Of a stretch of DNA of 64,000 nt, positions 1 to 11,345 are shown piece after piece. This DNA comes from Octopus sinensis. Lineage: Eukaryota. Below the pieces are notes generated by a model that was not told the DNA's origin, searched no databases, and saw only the letters and a program-made list of their open reading frames with translations. The stretch spans positions 113,956,001 through 114,020,000 of the forward strand of contig NC_042999.1 of assembly GCF_006345805.1 (NCBI RefSeq), in the 5' to 3' direction. Each line of letters begins with the position of its first letter. Position 1 is the first letter of the stretch. Position numbers and translations under genes: made by a program.

Positions 1-275
1 AAATCTAATTAGTTTAATTGCCAAAACTGTCTCAGAAAACAGGCTCCAATGGATATTATTATCATTATTATTATCACTGATATTCATCCTTGAATAAAAG
101 TTCTCTAACCAATTTTGCAATCTTGTTTTCAATTCAAAGTTTATAACCACTTGTCGACATGCTTGAAAAAGTCTGCAGCAATCATAGTCTTACTTTCTTC
201 CTTTCCTCAATAAAATGTAGGACACTTAATACAAATAAAAGACATTATTATCATTAACATTATTATAATTATAAT

Positions 276-464
276 ATGCTTAGTGTCATTTTGTCCGTCT
301 TTGGGTTCTGAGTTAAAATGCCACTGAAGTAGACTTTGATTTGCACCCTTTTTTTTGGGGGGGGGGGGCAATAAATTAAGTACCACTTGAATACTGGGGT
401 CGATGTAATGGACTAGTCCCTTTCCCCACAATTTCAGGCTGTGCCTATAGTAGAAAGGATTATT
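276..464 (+). mobile_element. Family C SINE (tRNA head plus Meta-domain-like core), 5'-truncated
   Basis: ATGCTTAG...GTTCTGAGTT(C)AAA...AATAAATTAAGTACCA...CTGGGGTCGATGTAAT...GTGCCTATAGTAGAAAGGATTATT matches the copies at 2804, 3033, 44316 and 58202. Confidence 0.8.
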
Positions 465-1904
465 GGCCGTAGCCAGTACCGCATCGACTGGCCTCCGTGC
501 TGTGGGCACAACAAACACCATTCAATTGTGGCCGTTCGCCAGCCTCATCTGGCACCTGTGTTGGTGGCACATAAAAACACCATCCGAAGACCCGGCGACG
601 TAGTCAGTCCACCTGTGCATACCTTCCCTCTTATGACACTTGTGAAGACCTGTTGAGGCAAGTGTGTGACACTTGTGAAGACCTGTTGAGGCAGAGGCAA
701 GTGTGTGACACTTTGTGAAGACCTGTTGAGGCAGAGGCAAGTGTGTGACACTTGTGGAGACCTGTTGAGGCAAGTGTGTGACACTTGTGAAGACCTGTTG
801 AGGCAAGTGAAAATCAAACCAAATCAAAATAGATGAACATCAATGGAATTTGTATCTTTGTGGTACCAGTACCGGTGGCACACAAGAAAACCATCCGAAC
901 GTGGCCGTAGCCAGTACCGCATCGACTGGCCTCCGTGCTGTGGGCACAACAAACACCATCCGATCGTGGCCGTTCGCCAGCCTCATCTGGCACCTGTGTC
1001 GGTGGCACATAAAAACACCATCCGAAGACCCGGCGACGTAGTCAGTCCACCTGTGCATACCTTCCTTCTTATGACACTTGTGAAGACCTGTTGAGGCAAG
1101 TGTGTGACACTTGTTGAGGCAAGTGTGTGACACTTGTGAAGACCTGTTGAGGCAGAGGCAAGTGTGTGACACTTGTGAAGACCTGTTGAGGCAGAGGCAA
1201 GTGTGTGACACTTGTGAAGACCTGTTCAGGCAAGTGAAAATCAAATCAAACCAAATCAAAATAGATGAACATCAATGGAATTTGTATCTTTGTGGTACCA
1301 GTACCGGTGGCACACAAGAAAACCATCCGAACGTGGCCGTAGCCAGTACCGCATCGACTGGCCTCTGTGATGTGGGCACATAACAAACACCATCCGATCG
1401 TGGTGGCCCCTACCTGGGACGTAGTCAGTCCACCTGTGCATACCTTCCTTCTTGTGACACTTGTGAAGACCTGTTGAGGCAAGTGAAAATCAACAAATCA
1501 ACAAATCAAAAAATCAAAACAAATCAAAATAGATGAACATCAATGGAATCTGTATCTCTGTGGTACCAGTGCCGGTGGCACACAAGAAAACCATCCGAAC
1601 GTGGCTGTAGCCAGTACCGCATCGACTGGCCTCCGTGCTGTGGGCACATAAACGCCATCCGATCGTGGCCGTTCGCCAGCCTCATCTGGCACCTGTCCGA
1701 AGACCCGGCAAGACTAGTCAGGCCATAGCCCGTGGCCCCTTCCTGGGACATAGTCAGTCCACCTGTGCATACCTTCCTTCTTATGACACTTGTGAAGACC
1801 TGTTGAGGCAAGTGCTAATCAAATCAAATGACACTTGTGAAGACCTGTTGAGGCAAGTGCTAATCAAATCAAATGACACTTGGGAAGACCTGTTGAGGCA
1901 AGTG

Positions 1905-1939
<35 letters not shown>

Positions 1940-2787
1940 CATAATCAAATCAAAACAAATCAAAATAGATGAACATCAATGGAATTTGTATCTTTGTGGT
2001 ACCAATGCCGGTGGCACACAAGAAAACCATCCGAACGTGGCGGTAGCCAGTACCACATCGACTGGCCTCCGTGCTGTGGGCACGTAACAAACACCATCCG
2101 ATCGTGGCCGTTCGCCAGCCTCATCTGGCACCTGTGTTGGTGGCACATAAAAACACCATCCAAAGACCCGGCAAGACTAGTCAGGCCATAACCCGTGGCC
2201 CCTACCTGGGACGTAGTCAGTCCACCTGTGCATACCTTCCTTCTTATAACACTTGTGAAGACCTGTTGAGGCAAGTATGTGACACTTGTGAAGACCTGTT
2301 GAGGCAAGTGTGTGACAGTTGTGAAGACCTGTTGAGGCAAGTGAAAATCAAACCAAATCAAAACAGATGAACATCAATGGAATTTGTATCTTTGTGGTAC
2401 CAGTGCCGGTGGCACACAAGAAAACCATGCGAACGTGGCCGTAGCCGGTACCGCATCGACTGGCCTCCATGCTGTGGGCACGTAACAAACACCATCCGAT
2501 CGTGGCCGTTCGCCAGCCTCATCTGGCACTTGTGTCGGTGGCACATAAAAACACCATCCGAGCGTGGCCGTCTGCCAGCCTCGTCTGGCACCTGTGTCGG
2601 TGGCACATAAAATCACCCACTACACTCTCGGAGTGGTTGGCGTTAGGAAGGGCATCCAGCTGTAGAAACACTGCCAGATTTGACTGGCCTGGTGCAGCCT
2701 TCGGGCTCCCCAGACTCCAGTTGAACCGTCCAACCTATGCTAGCATGGAAAGCGGACGTTAAATGAGGATGATGATGATGATGATGA
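465..2787 (+). repeat. Higher-order tandem array of family B element modules (1 partial plus 5 units) ending in a complete 3' end with (GAT)n tail
   Basis: Anchor GATGAACATCAATGGAA recurs at 832, 1264, 1532, 1968 and 2366 (spacing 432, 268, 436, 398). Units contain variable copies of GACACTTGTGAAGACCTGTTGAGGCAAGTG. The last unit runs into CACTACACTCTCGGAGTGGTTGGCGTTAGGAAGGGCATCC...GGACGTTAAAT(GAT)n. Confidence 0.95.
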
Positions 2788-2803
2788 TTATTATAATTAT
2801 TAA

Positions 2804-3031
2804 AGTAGTGAGCTGGCAGAACTGTTAGCATGCCAGTCGAAATGCTTAGCAGTATTTCGTCTGTTGCTACATTCTGAGTTCAAATTCTGCTGAGGTCGGC
2901 TTTGCCTTTCATCCTTTCAGGGTCAATAAATTAAGTACCTGTGAAACACTGGGGTTGGTGTAATTGACTAGTCCCCTCCACCAAAATTTCATGGCCTTGT
3001 GTCTTCAGTATGAAGGATTATTATTATTATT
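2804..3031 (+). mobile_element. Family C SINE, near full length
   Basis: Head GAGCTGGCAGAACTGTTAGCATGCC, B-box-like GAGTTCAAATTC, core GCCTTTCATCCTTTCAGGGTCAATAAATTAAGTACC, (ATT)n tail. Confidence 0.88.
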
Positions 3032-3032
3032 A

Positions 3033-3262
3033 AGGTGGCAAGCTGGCAGAATTGTTAGCATGATGAGCAATATGCTTAGTGGCATTTTGTCCATCTTTGG
3101 GTTCTGAGTTCAAATTCAACTGAGGTTGACTTTACCTTTCATCCTTTTGAGGTCGATAAAATAAGTACCAGTTGAGCACTGGGGTCAATGTACTCAACTT
3201 ACTCCCTACTCCAAACTGGCTGGCATTGTGCCAAATTTTGAAATCATTATTATTATTGCCAT
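3033..3262 (+). mobile_element. Family C SINE, second copy inserted head-to-tail
   Basis: Same head and core as 2804-3031; it starts directly after the (ATT)n tail of that copy. Confidence 0.85.
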
Positions 3263-3338
3263 TACTATGTCTTCTATTATGGCCATGGGTCAACCAAAGC
3301 TCTGTGGATGAATTTGGATGGAAACTGAAAGAATTTCA

Positions 3339-3352
3339 GTGTGTGTGTGTGT

Positions 3353-3397
<45 letters not shown>
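3339..3397 (+). repeat. (GT)n microsatellite following a family A SINE fragment
   Basis: Direct reading; preceded by the family A motif GATTTGG...GGAAACTGAAAGAA. Confidence 0.95.
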
Positions 3398-3399
<2 letters not shown>

Positions 3400-4126
3400 A
3401 TGTCCTTGTTTTGATATCATGTAAGGGGTGTAAATATGCATCATCATCATCACTTCTTGTCTTTCATGAAAAACATGTCTGGTCATTGGGAATATCACCA
3501 ACAAACAAATCCTACCTGGCCCATGTGAGCATGGAAAAGTAGAAGCTAAATTTTGATGATGACAATGCTAAATATTCCTGAGACAAGCACAAACCTCAAA
3601 ACACAACTCTGTAAATCTGATGGATCATTATATACATATCCAAAAATCTATCATCAATATTTTTAACAGAAATTACTTACAGTATCTTCTGGAACACAAG
3701 TCAAATTATTTGGACCAAAATTTACAGCTATGAGAGATACAAGACAACTCTGGAGGACTAAAGAATTGTATGTGAAATGCAGCAAGATTTGGAAAAGTAG
3801 TGATGGTGAAATATTTACACTACATGTTTAGATTATATATGTCAGCTTGTATGCTGGAAAATACAGCAAAACACAACTATGGCTGTGAGTTGGCTTTGCA
3901 GCATTTAATCACTTCTTTATGGTTTGCATTGAAATCCCTCTGGGTTTGATGAAAAAATAAGTAGTTCCAATCCCACAGAGGGTGGATTTAACTGTCTATA
4001 CTGTTCCCTTCCAAATTTGTAGCTTCGTGCCAAGAGAGAGAAAGAGAGAGATCATTAAAATCATTACTTTTAGGAGAAACTGTCACAAGTTGAATACCTG
4101 CCCCTACCAAAAGTATATTTTGTGTG

Positions 4127-4161
<35 letters not shown>

Positions 4162-5551
4162 GCTGTGGCACCAGATTCAAACATAAGAAGCAGTGCTGAA
4201 AAGCAGATAAAACTAAATGAACTCCCAAAAGGTTAGTTACAAGTTGTGTGAATGTAAATTTTACAAATAAAAAAATGAGTAGTAGTAGTAGTAATAATAA
4301 TAAGAATAATAATAGTAATAAAAAAACAGAACCAATAAATAAATAAAAAGATATATATAATAATTTTTTTTTTTTAAATAAATAAACAAAAATGGCAGTT
4401 TGGGGAATTAGCTGCAATGGCGAAATCTTTAATTCAATCAATAATGCATGTTCTTAGTCAATAGATGTTCTAGTGTCAGGTGAGTATTAACCAAAGTCAT
4501 TCCATTAGTGTGTTCTTTTTCATATTACACACTAGTGGAAACCTTGGCACACACATTTATGTAGAAACATGTTCATCTTTGTTTAAATCATTGGTTTGTT
4601 TCTTAGATTTTGTTGTTGTTGTTTTTGTTTTTTTTGAAGGAGGGGGCTTGTTTTCTTTGGGGTTTTTTTTAGTCCAAATTTTAAGTGCATGGAAAGATAA
4701 GTGACAGCTGCACAGTTCAATGTCATCTTATAGTTAATATGCACACACATGTAGCCACAAATACGTAAGAGGAAGGTGTGGATTTGTGTATGATTGTTTT
4801 ATCCGTATGTGTGCTTGTACTAACATATTCATACAGCAGTTTTTGTAAGACAATACGTATAACATTGAGAGAGCTTCATTTAATTAATTTAAGAATTTAA
4901 AAATAAAAAGCTTATTCTCTCCACTTGAATCTCAAATGACTCAACAATAAATGTTTGAATTAAATCCAGGCAAAACGCTGTTACACACACAAGTGCAGAA
5001 TGCTAGCAGATGACACAGTTTCAGTTTTTCTTTTATAAAGAAAATAAAGCAAAACAGAATGTTATGAAATCCAGTTTAAAATATTTAGTTGCTAAGCTAA
5101 ATCAAACAGTTACTTTACTATAAAAATATAAAGAATCTGATTTAATAATTATATTCAAAAGGAAAAAGAACCGTTAGCAAGCAGCTATCACACATGATTG
5201 ACAAGAAGTAGACAATCTGTAAAATACTACCGTTTCAACATTCTCAATCTTTAGTAGTTACTTTTCTTCCAGGCCGAACTCTAAGAAAGATCAAGTAGAC
5301 AACTAATGACCTTCCAGCACCACCCAGTTATTTGAGCAGAAGGTTTACAGCTGGATGTCCTTTTCTACTAGAAAGTACCTTATTGTGAAAAGAAACTGGT
5401 ACCTAATTTTCAGTTAGAATGAATTGAGCTAAGAGACTTGCCTAACAACAACAAAAAGCAACTATTGAGTTTCAAATCATGCTCAATGTATCAGAAGTGC
5501 AGCCTAGCCTATTCTGCTCTTACAAAATGAACATGTGAAAGGAATATATAC

Positions 5552-6110
5552 TGCTGTGGTTGTGTGATAAGAGGTTTGCTTCCCAACCACATGGTTCTGT
5601 GTTCAGTCCCACTTGGGCAAGTGTTTTCTACAATAGCCTTGGACTAACCAAAACCTTGTGAGTGCATTTGGTAGACGAAAGTTCAAAGAAGCTCAATGTG
5701 TGTGTGAGTGTGTGTGTGTGCGCACACGTGCATGCACGTGTTTGTGTGTCAATTCACTCTATATAGGATGGTTGGGGTTAGGAAGGGCATCCAGCTGTAA
5801 AAACCATGCCAAAACAGACACAGGAGCTTGCTGTAGTCTTCTGGCTAGCCAGCTTCTGTCAAACCATCCAACCCATGCCAGCATGGAAGATGTTAAATGA
5901 TGATGATAATATATATCTCCATGTGCTTCATTGTGTTTGTCCTCCACCACTACTTGACAACCAATGTTGGTATGTTTACATCCCCGTAACTTAGCGGTTC
6001 AGCAACAAAACCAATAGAATAAGACCCAGACTTTTTTTAAATAAGCACTGGGGTTGATTCATTGGACAAGAAATTCTTTAAGGTGGTGCCCGAGCATGAT
6101 TGCAGTCTAA
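5552..6110 (+). mobile_element. Family A CORE-like SINE with a family B 3' fragment (about 5768-5905) nested in its central microsatellite
   Basis: Head TGTGGTTGTGTGATAAG...GTTCAGTCCCAC-TTGGGCAAGTG, then GT repeats, then GGTTAGGAAGGGCATCCAGCTG...(GAT)n, then the family A 3' half resumes (GACAACCAATGTTGGT...GCATGATTGCAGTC). Confidence 0.75.
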
Positions 6111-6299
6111 TGAATTTGTTGTTTCAGCTTAACTAAAAACTATTGCATACAAACAGGTGGTATAGTAACGATCCTCATCAGAGAGTAGGGATTGTAGAAA
6201 TTAACCCAATAAGCTGATAATCTGACAAACAAATCTACTGATCCTGGGCTACAGAGAACAATGAATATATTCTATCCCATCAAAACATCTCCCCTCGCA

Positions 6300-6800
6300 T
6301 TCTTATGAAATTTTCCCTTCTGACCCCATTCAGTCCAATCCTCTGTATCACTTCACCTATATCCATTCACCACCTTCACTGTACCATGTATGTTCTGACA
6401 CATATTCACAATTTCTCTCCCAATCTCTCCATCCCTACCTCTCTCTAAGTCATTCTTTCTCCTTCTCCAACAGGAGTATCCTTGTACCTCTTCTACAGGA
6501 AGACACCTATCTCTATCCCTCTAATATTCTTTAACCTTTCATCAACTAGCATGAAACCACCTTCCTCAATAGTACAACCCCCAACCCCACACCATCCCTC
6601 AGTTGAAGGGACTATCTTGTCTTGCAAGTTACTTGGTGACCCTGCCAGAGCTGGTTGCATGGGAAAGGCACCCACTCAGTACACTCTGTAAAGTGGTTGG
6701 CATTAGGATGGGCATCCATCCATAGAAACCATACCAAAACAGATAATAGAGCTTGGCTTGCCAGATTTTGTCAAACTGTCCAACTAATGCCAGTATGGAA
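6300..6800 (+). mobile_element. Long family B variant with pyrimidine-rich 5' part
   Basis: CCCTCAGTTGA...CAAGTTAC...GTACACTCTGTAAAGTGGTTGGCATTAGG...CCAGTATGGAAAG; a similar segment occurs at about 16000-16700. Confidence 0.6.
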
Positions 6801-8198
6801 AGTGTGTGTGTGTTTGTGTGTATATGTGCACATGCAAGCACACTATCGGTATGGAATAAAACTTGGGTAGAAAGGATAAGAGAAAAGTGTTTTATGTTCC
6901 CAGTAAATATTTTTCTCAAGAATTTGGAAATAATGGAATGCAAATATTACAATCTATGCTTCCAATTACACAATGGATTCAGTAACAGATGTATGTATAG
7001 TATTTCATTTTCTTTATGATATGGATATGATATTCATTTTGGAAAATGATCTCAAATCAATCATTTGTTTTTAGAAAACAATTCTCTTATGTGCCATTCA
7101 TATATATTTAGACAGTTCATATTTTTTAAGACAACATTGATTGAAACTAAAACAAAAAAAAAAGTGCTGTTAATATAGATTTCAACAAAACAGAAGACAA
7201 GTACAGTCAGGTGTATCCCTAATACACAAATTGCTATAAGGAATACAAACTAAGGAACTAAGGCTTTATTTCAAAGTAAATTTCATCTAATGTTCGATTA
7301 AAATGCTAATTTCAAATGAAAATGGTTTGAAACACATTTTCCCTACTAATATTTGTCCTCTTATTCCTTTTTGCCTTGTTTTCCTTCTTAATAAATTCAA
7401 ATGAGTATAAGATGACACAATAAATATAAATTTCAGAAACATCTTCCCTTAAGAAATAGAGCTAAAAATGATGATACCACATGGCATAGATTAATTGAGG
7501 GATATGCTTCACTACTTCAACCATAAATCAATTTCTAATGATTTACGATAACATAATACATGATATAAACAGTTAACGCAAACAAAATATAGCTCATATA
7601 TGAGATTTTAAACCCAATATTTTCTCTAAATCAACAAGTCATTAATTTCTTCGTAGGTTTCATAAATTGCAAAATCTATATAAAAAGTACATCTATTCAA
7701 AAATTTGTTTATATATTCCCTCTTTCCCCCATCCTATTAAGAGTTGAATAAATATGAAACTTGAGTATTTACAATTATGGCTTAAAACAAATTGTTACAA
7801 GACGTCTTTAATGTTCCTAATATCAGTGAATCCCATCAGAGACTTCCACATTATTCATCAATGGAAACTTGATAACAAATAAATACCTGGCAATCCTAAA
7901 TACAATTCTCAATGGAATGCCATCCTTTATATCTAGGATGGTACACTTCCGACACTCACAGGCACTCAAAACAAAGCCATGTATTAAGTTAATAAAATGT
8001 AAACTTCTAATCTGTTGTTCACCATCATACAGTATTGTCTCTCTATCATCATGATTTTCTTGCTGTCATGGGTTGGATGGGTCAAACAGCATCTCACCAT
8101 GATTTTAATGGACAAACATGAAGACACTCTCTTAAAAAATACAAGTGAAATTTTATCGTCCCCTATTCCTTGTTAATAAGAAAACAAAGCAGAGTTTG

Positions 8199-8695
8199 TG
8201 AGGTATACTTGCCATCTCAATATGGCTAACCACTAAGGGTGGGTGTTACTGTAGCTTGTAGTCCCAGGAGAACATCGTCTCCAGCTGGCTTTAGGCACAC
8301 TTTCTGTGCCCTTATGGTATTTGCAAAGGGAGGTCATCCTTCCTTTGTCAACCTAAGTGATACGCACAGACTGCAGCTTCTAGGTTTTGACCTGTCATCA
8401 GCGTACGACAATCACCGGTTTTCGATGAAAGGGGTCCCAATGCAAATACTTATATGGTTTTTCCAGTAACTTTTCGTCACTGATCTTGAAAAACTGTATG
8501 CAAGCAATAATAAATCTCTGAACGAGATATAAACTGTACGACAATGTGAGGTATACTTGCCATCTCAATATGGCTAACCACTAAGGGTTACCTACAGTAA
8601 CACCCACCCTTAGTGGTTAGCCATATTGAGATGGCAAGTATACTTCACATTGTCGTGCAGTTACTGTTTATACCTCGTTCAGAGATTTATTATTG
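8199..8695 (-). mobile_element. Penelope-like (pseudo-LTR-derived) non-autonomous retroelement with hammerhead ribozyme, partial tandem repeat and inverted end
   Basis: TSD AAAGCAGAGTTTG at 8186-8198 and 8696-8708. Direct repeat 8199-8240 = 8547-8588 (period 348). Inverted arms 8505-8588 and 8606-8695. Hammerhead core on the minus strand at 8363-8407. Confidence 0.8.
8363..8407 (-). ncRNA. Minimal type I hammerhead ribozyme (variant core)
   Basis: Minus strand reads CGTACG-CTGATGA-CAGG TCAAAA CCTA-GAA-GCTGCAGT-C-TGTGCG. Stem I is 6 bp (2 G.U), stem II is AGG/CCT, stem III is quasi-palindromic. Deviations are A15.1G and a C10.1/A11.1 mismatch. Confidence 0.7.
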
Positions 8696-9509
8696 AAAGC
8701 AGAGTTTGCAGCCATCTAATTCTTTCTTTATCATGGCATTAAACAAATTTAAAAGTTCTAAGCTCAAAATAAATAACATATACACAAATATCCTCACAAC
8801 TCCCCCCTCCCCATGATAAACACTACACTAGAACAAGTAGCAGCATAAAACGTAGACCAACTTCTAGTGAATGTCTTTATAAACATGAGAATTTGGTCAA
8901 GAGCTAAATTTTATAAGCTAGTGTATAGCAAAAGAAAGATAACTACTTCACTATTGTGCATATTTTGTAATAAGATATTGTATCTATACAACATCTTATA
9001 AACCTTGATCAAAGTAAAACCATTATAAAATCTGTGACTATCAAAGGAAGAAAATTTTGAAAAGATCATGTATTTTATGTTGTGTTCTAAAGTGTGGCAC
9101 ATAATTTCATATTGCTCAGTATTAAATGGGCACCAACCAGCTGCTAATGCAACCCTCTCTCTCTCTCTCCAGCTTAAGGCTAAGTTTTTGGATACAAATG
9201 CTCAACATTCTGCAAAATTGATGGTGGGAGAGCTGAGAGGGTGTCTATTACATTGTGATTACACAAGCATTTAAAACAATTAGTGATAGCATGGTACAAG
9301 CTACTTGTAGGTGATGGCTAAGTTTTGTGACACACTCAGGTGATGATTAGTGCCAAGGAGAGAATCTGGCCATAGGAAATCTAAATCTGCCTTGACAAAT
9401 TTTGACTAATTCATACATGTATGGAAAAATAGATGTTAAAACATCAATGGTGTGTGTGAGTAGTGGTCCAGCAAGGCCATAGTCAAATGACTGAAACAAG
9501 AATATACAT

Positions 9510-9868
9510 TATCAAAATCGATCAACATCAATGGAAATTGTAGCTGTGATACCAGTGTCGGTGGCACATAAGAGAACCATCTGAACGTGGCCATTGCCAA
9601 TGCCACCCCGACTGGCCTCCGTGCTGGTGGCACTAAAAAGCACCACCCGATCATGGCTGTTTGCCAGCCTCATCTGACACTTCTGCCGGTGACACATAAA
9701 AAGCACCCACTACACTCTCGGAGTGGTTAGTGTTAGGAAGAGCATCCAACCGTAGAAACATTGCAAAATCAGACTGGGCCTGGTGCAGCCTTCTGGCTTC
9801 CCAGACCCCAGTTGAACCGTCCAACTCATGCTAGCATGGAAAGCGGACGCTAAGCGATGATGATGATA
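9510..9868 (+). mobile_element. Family B element, single-module dispersed copy
   Basis: ATCAAAATCGATCAACATCAATGGAAATTG...GGCACATAAGAGAACCATC...CACTACACTCTCGGAGTGG...CATGCTAGCATGGAAAGCGGACG...(GAT)n; collinear with the last array unit 2360-2787. Confidence 0.9.
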
Positions 9869-10134
9869 TTACACACAAACACATATATATACATATATAG
9901 ATGTCCTAACATTATGTAAACTTTGTGATCATAAAAATCTTGTGGGTAAAAAGTGTTCTGTAACATGAATCGAATTTAATCGGTTCATATGCTTGTACCA
10001 TGAGAGTCTGTGAGAATAGGTTTTGCTTATCAGAACTCAATATTTTGACAAGATTTCCAGGAGTGCATTGCATCCATAGGCAAGGAATGTTTGTGTGCAT
10101 GTGTTTCTGCCCATACAAACAAACAATGTATATA

Positions 10135-10189
<55 letters not shown>

Positions 10190-10977
10190 CCTAGCAAACA
10201 GATTAAAATTAAGAAATCCATTGGCTGTATACCAATCTTCTTATATTTTTAATTTAGGTAGTATAAGCAGAAGCCTGTTTGCCAAATATGAATAGGTTAC
10301 ACTGACAATCTGAAAGGACACTCATCAATTCAATATAAATACAATGAACTGCAAGTGTATACTGCAAGAAGTAACAGACTTCACATCAATCAAGCCAGTA
10401 TTTCCCTAGAAGTGAATTTTTATTTTTTTATTACAACTGCAAATAGTCAGCAGGAACTGTTCCCATACTGTTAATTGAGTGGGTGCAAATGGGGGGGGGG
10501 TCCATAGCAATACACAAACACAGTGAAAACCCAGAATTGTAAACCAATAATTCTTTCATGTGCTGCCCAAATATAGAAAATGTAAATCAGCCAGCCCCCA
10601 ATGGAGTTCTCAGAGAACAGTAAACTTCAAAAAATGAAAAGCTCCAATGTAAACAGGAACAGAATATTAAGCCAAATCAATTATCACAAAATTCAGTTGA
10701 ATCATAACAGGGCTACTCTGCAGTATTTCACTCAAAAAGAGAATATCTCGAAAACCTATTTTATGCTGAAATTATCAATAAATGTCTCCAAAAATGAAAA
10801 ATGATAAATCTTTACATACATTCATAAGAATAAGGTTGACAGAGAAGTATAGGTTGATAGAAGTAACTTTTATTTCTCTATCAAGAACCAAAAGAAACAA
10901 TCATGAAGAATATTCCAGAATTAAACTTTGGGTGCAGAAGATGGGGATTTTTTTTTACAAAGATTCTGGTGCATAGT

Positions 10978-11345
10978 TATGTGGCTGAGAAGTTTGCCTC
11001 TGAGCTACATGGTCTTGGGTTCAATCCCACTGCATGGTAATTCGGGCAAGCGTCTTCAAATAAAGCCTTGTGAATATATTTAATAGATGGAAACTGAAAG
11101 AAGCTTGTGTGTGTGTGCATGCAGATGTATGTATGTGTACACACACACATACACACACACATGTATCTATGTGTGAGCATGTTTATGTTTGTGTCTCTGT
11201 TTTGACGTTGTGTGGTTGTTGTAAATGAACATCATTCATTTCCAATATTCTATGGAAACATGTCTGGAAAAATATTATCTTGCCTGGAATCAGGTAAGGG
11301 TTGGCAATTGTCTGACCCAATCAAGCATGAAGAAATGGACATTAA
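10978..11345 (+). mobile_element. Family A CORE-like SINE (composite, degenerate)
   Basis: TGTGGCTGAGAAGTTTGC...GGTTCAATCCCACTGCATGG...GGGCAAGCGTCTTC...GGAAACTGAAAGAAGC followed by GT repeats. Confidence 0.7.

Noticed and set aside
635-810. Regular short repeats resembling a CRISPR array
   Set aside because: The repeats are directly adjacent or separated by near-identical 3-15 nt linkers. There are no unique spacers or cas genes, and the context is eukaryotic.
1695-1780. Possible HDV-like or hammerhead ribozyme in the array unit (GACTAGTCAGGCCATAGCCCGTGGCCCC...GTCC; CTGTTGAGGCAAGTGAAA)
   Set aside because: I could not build P4/J4-2 for an HDV fold, and CTGTTGA lacks the essential A6 of the hammerhead core.
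207-2831. Dense overlapping ORFs of 60-150 aa with Cys/His repeats (CDTCEDLLRQ, CHTLAS)
   Set aside because: They are translations of the tandem array in all six frames. Units carry frameshifting indels and there is no consistent frame, so this is not a zinc-finger or metallothionein gene.
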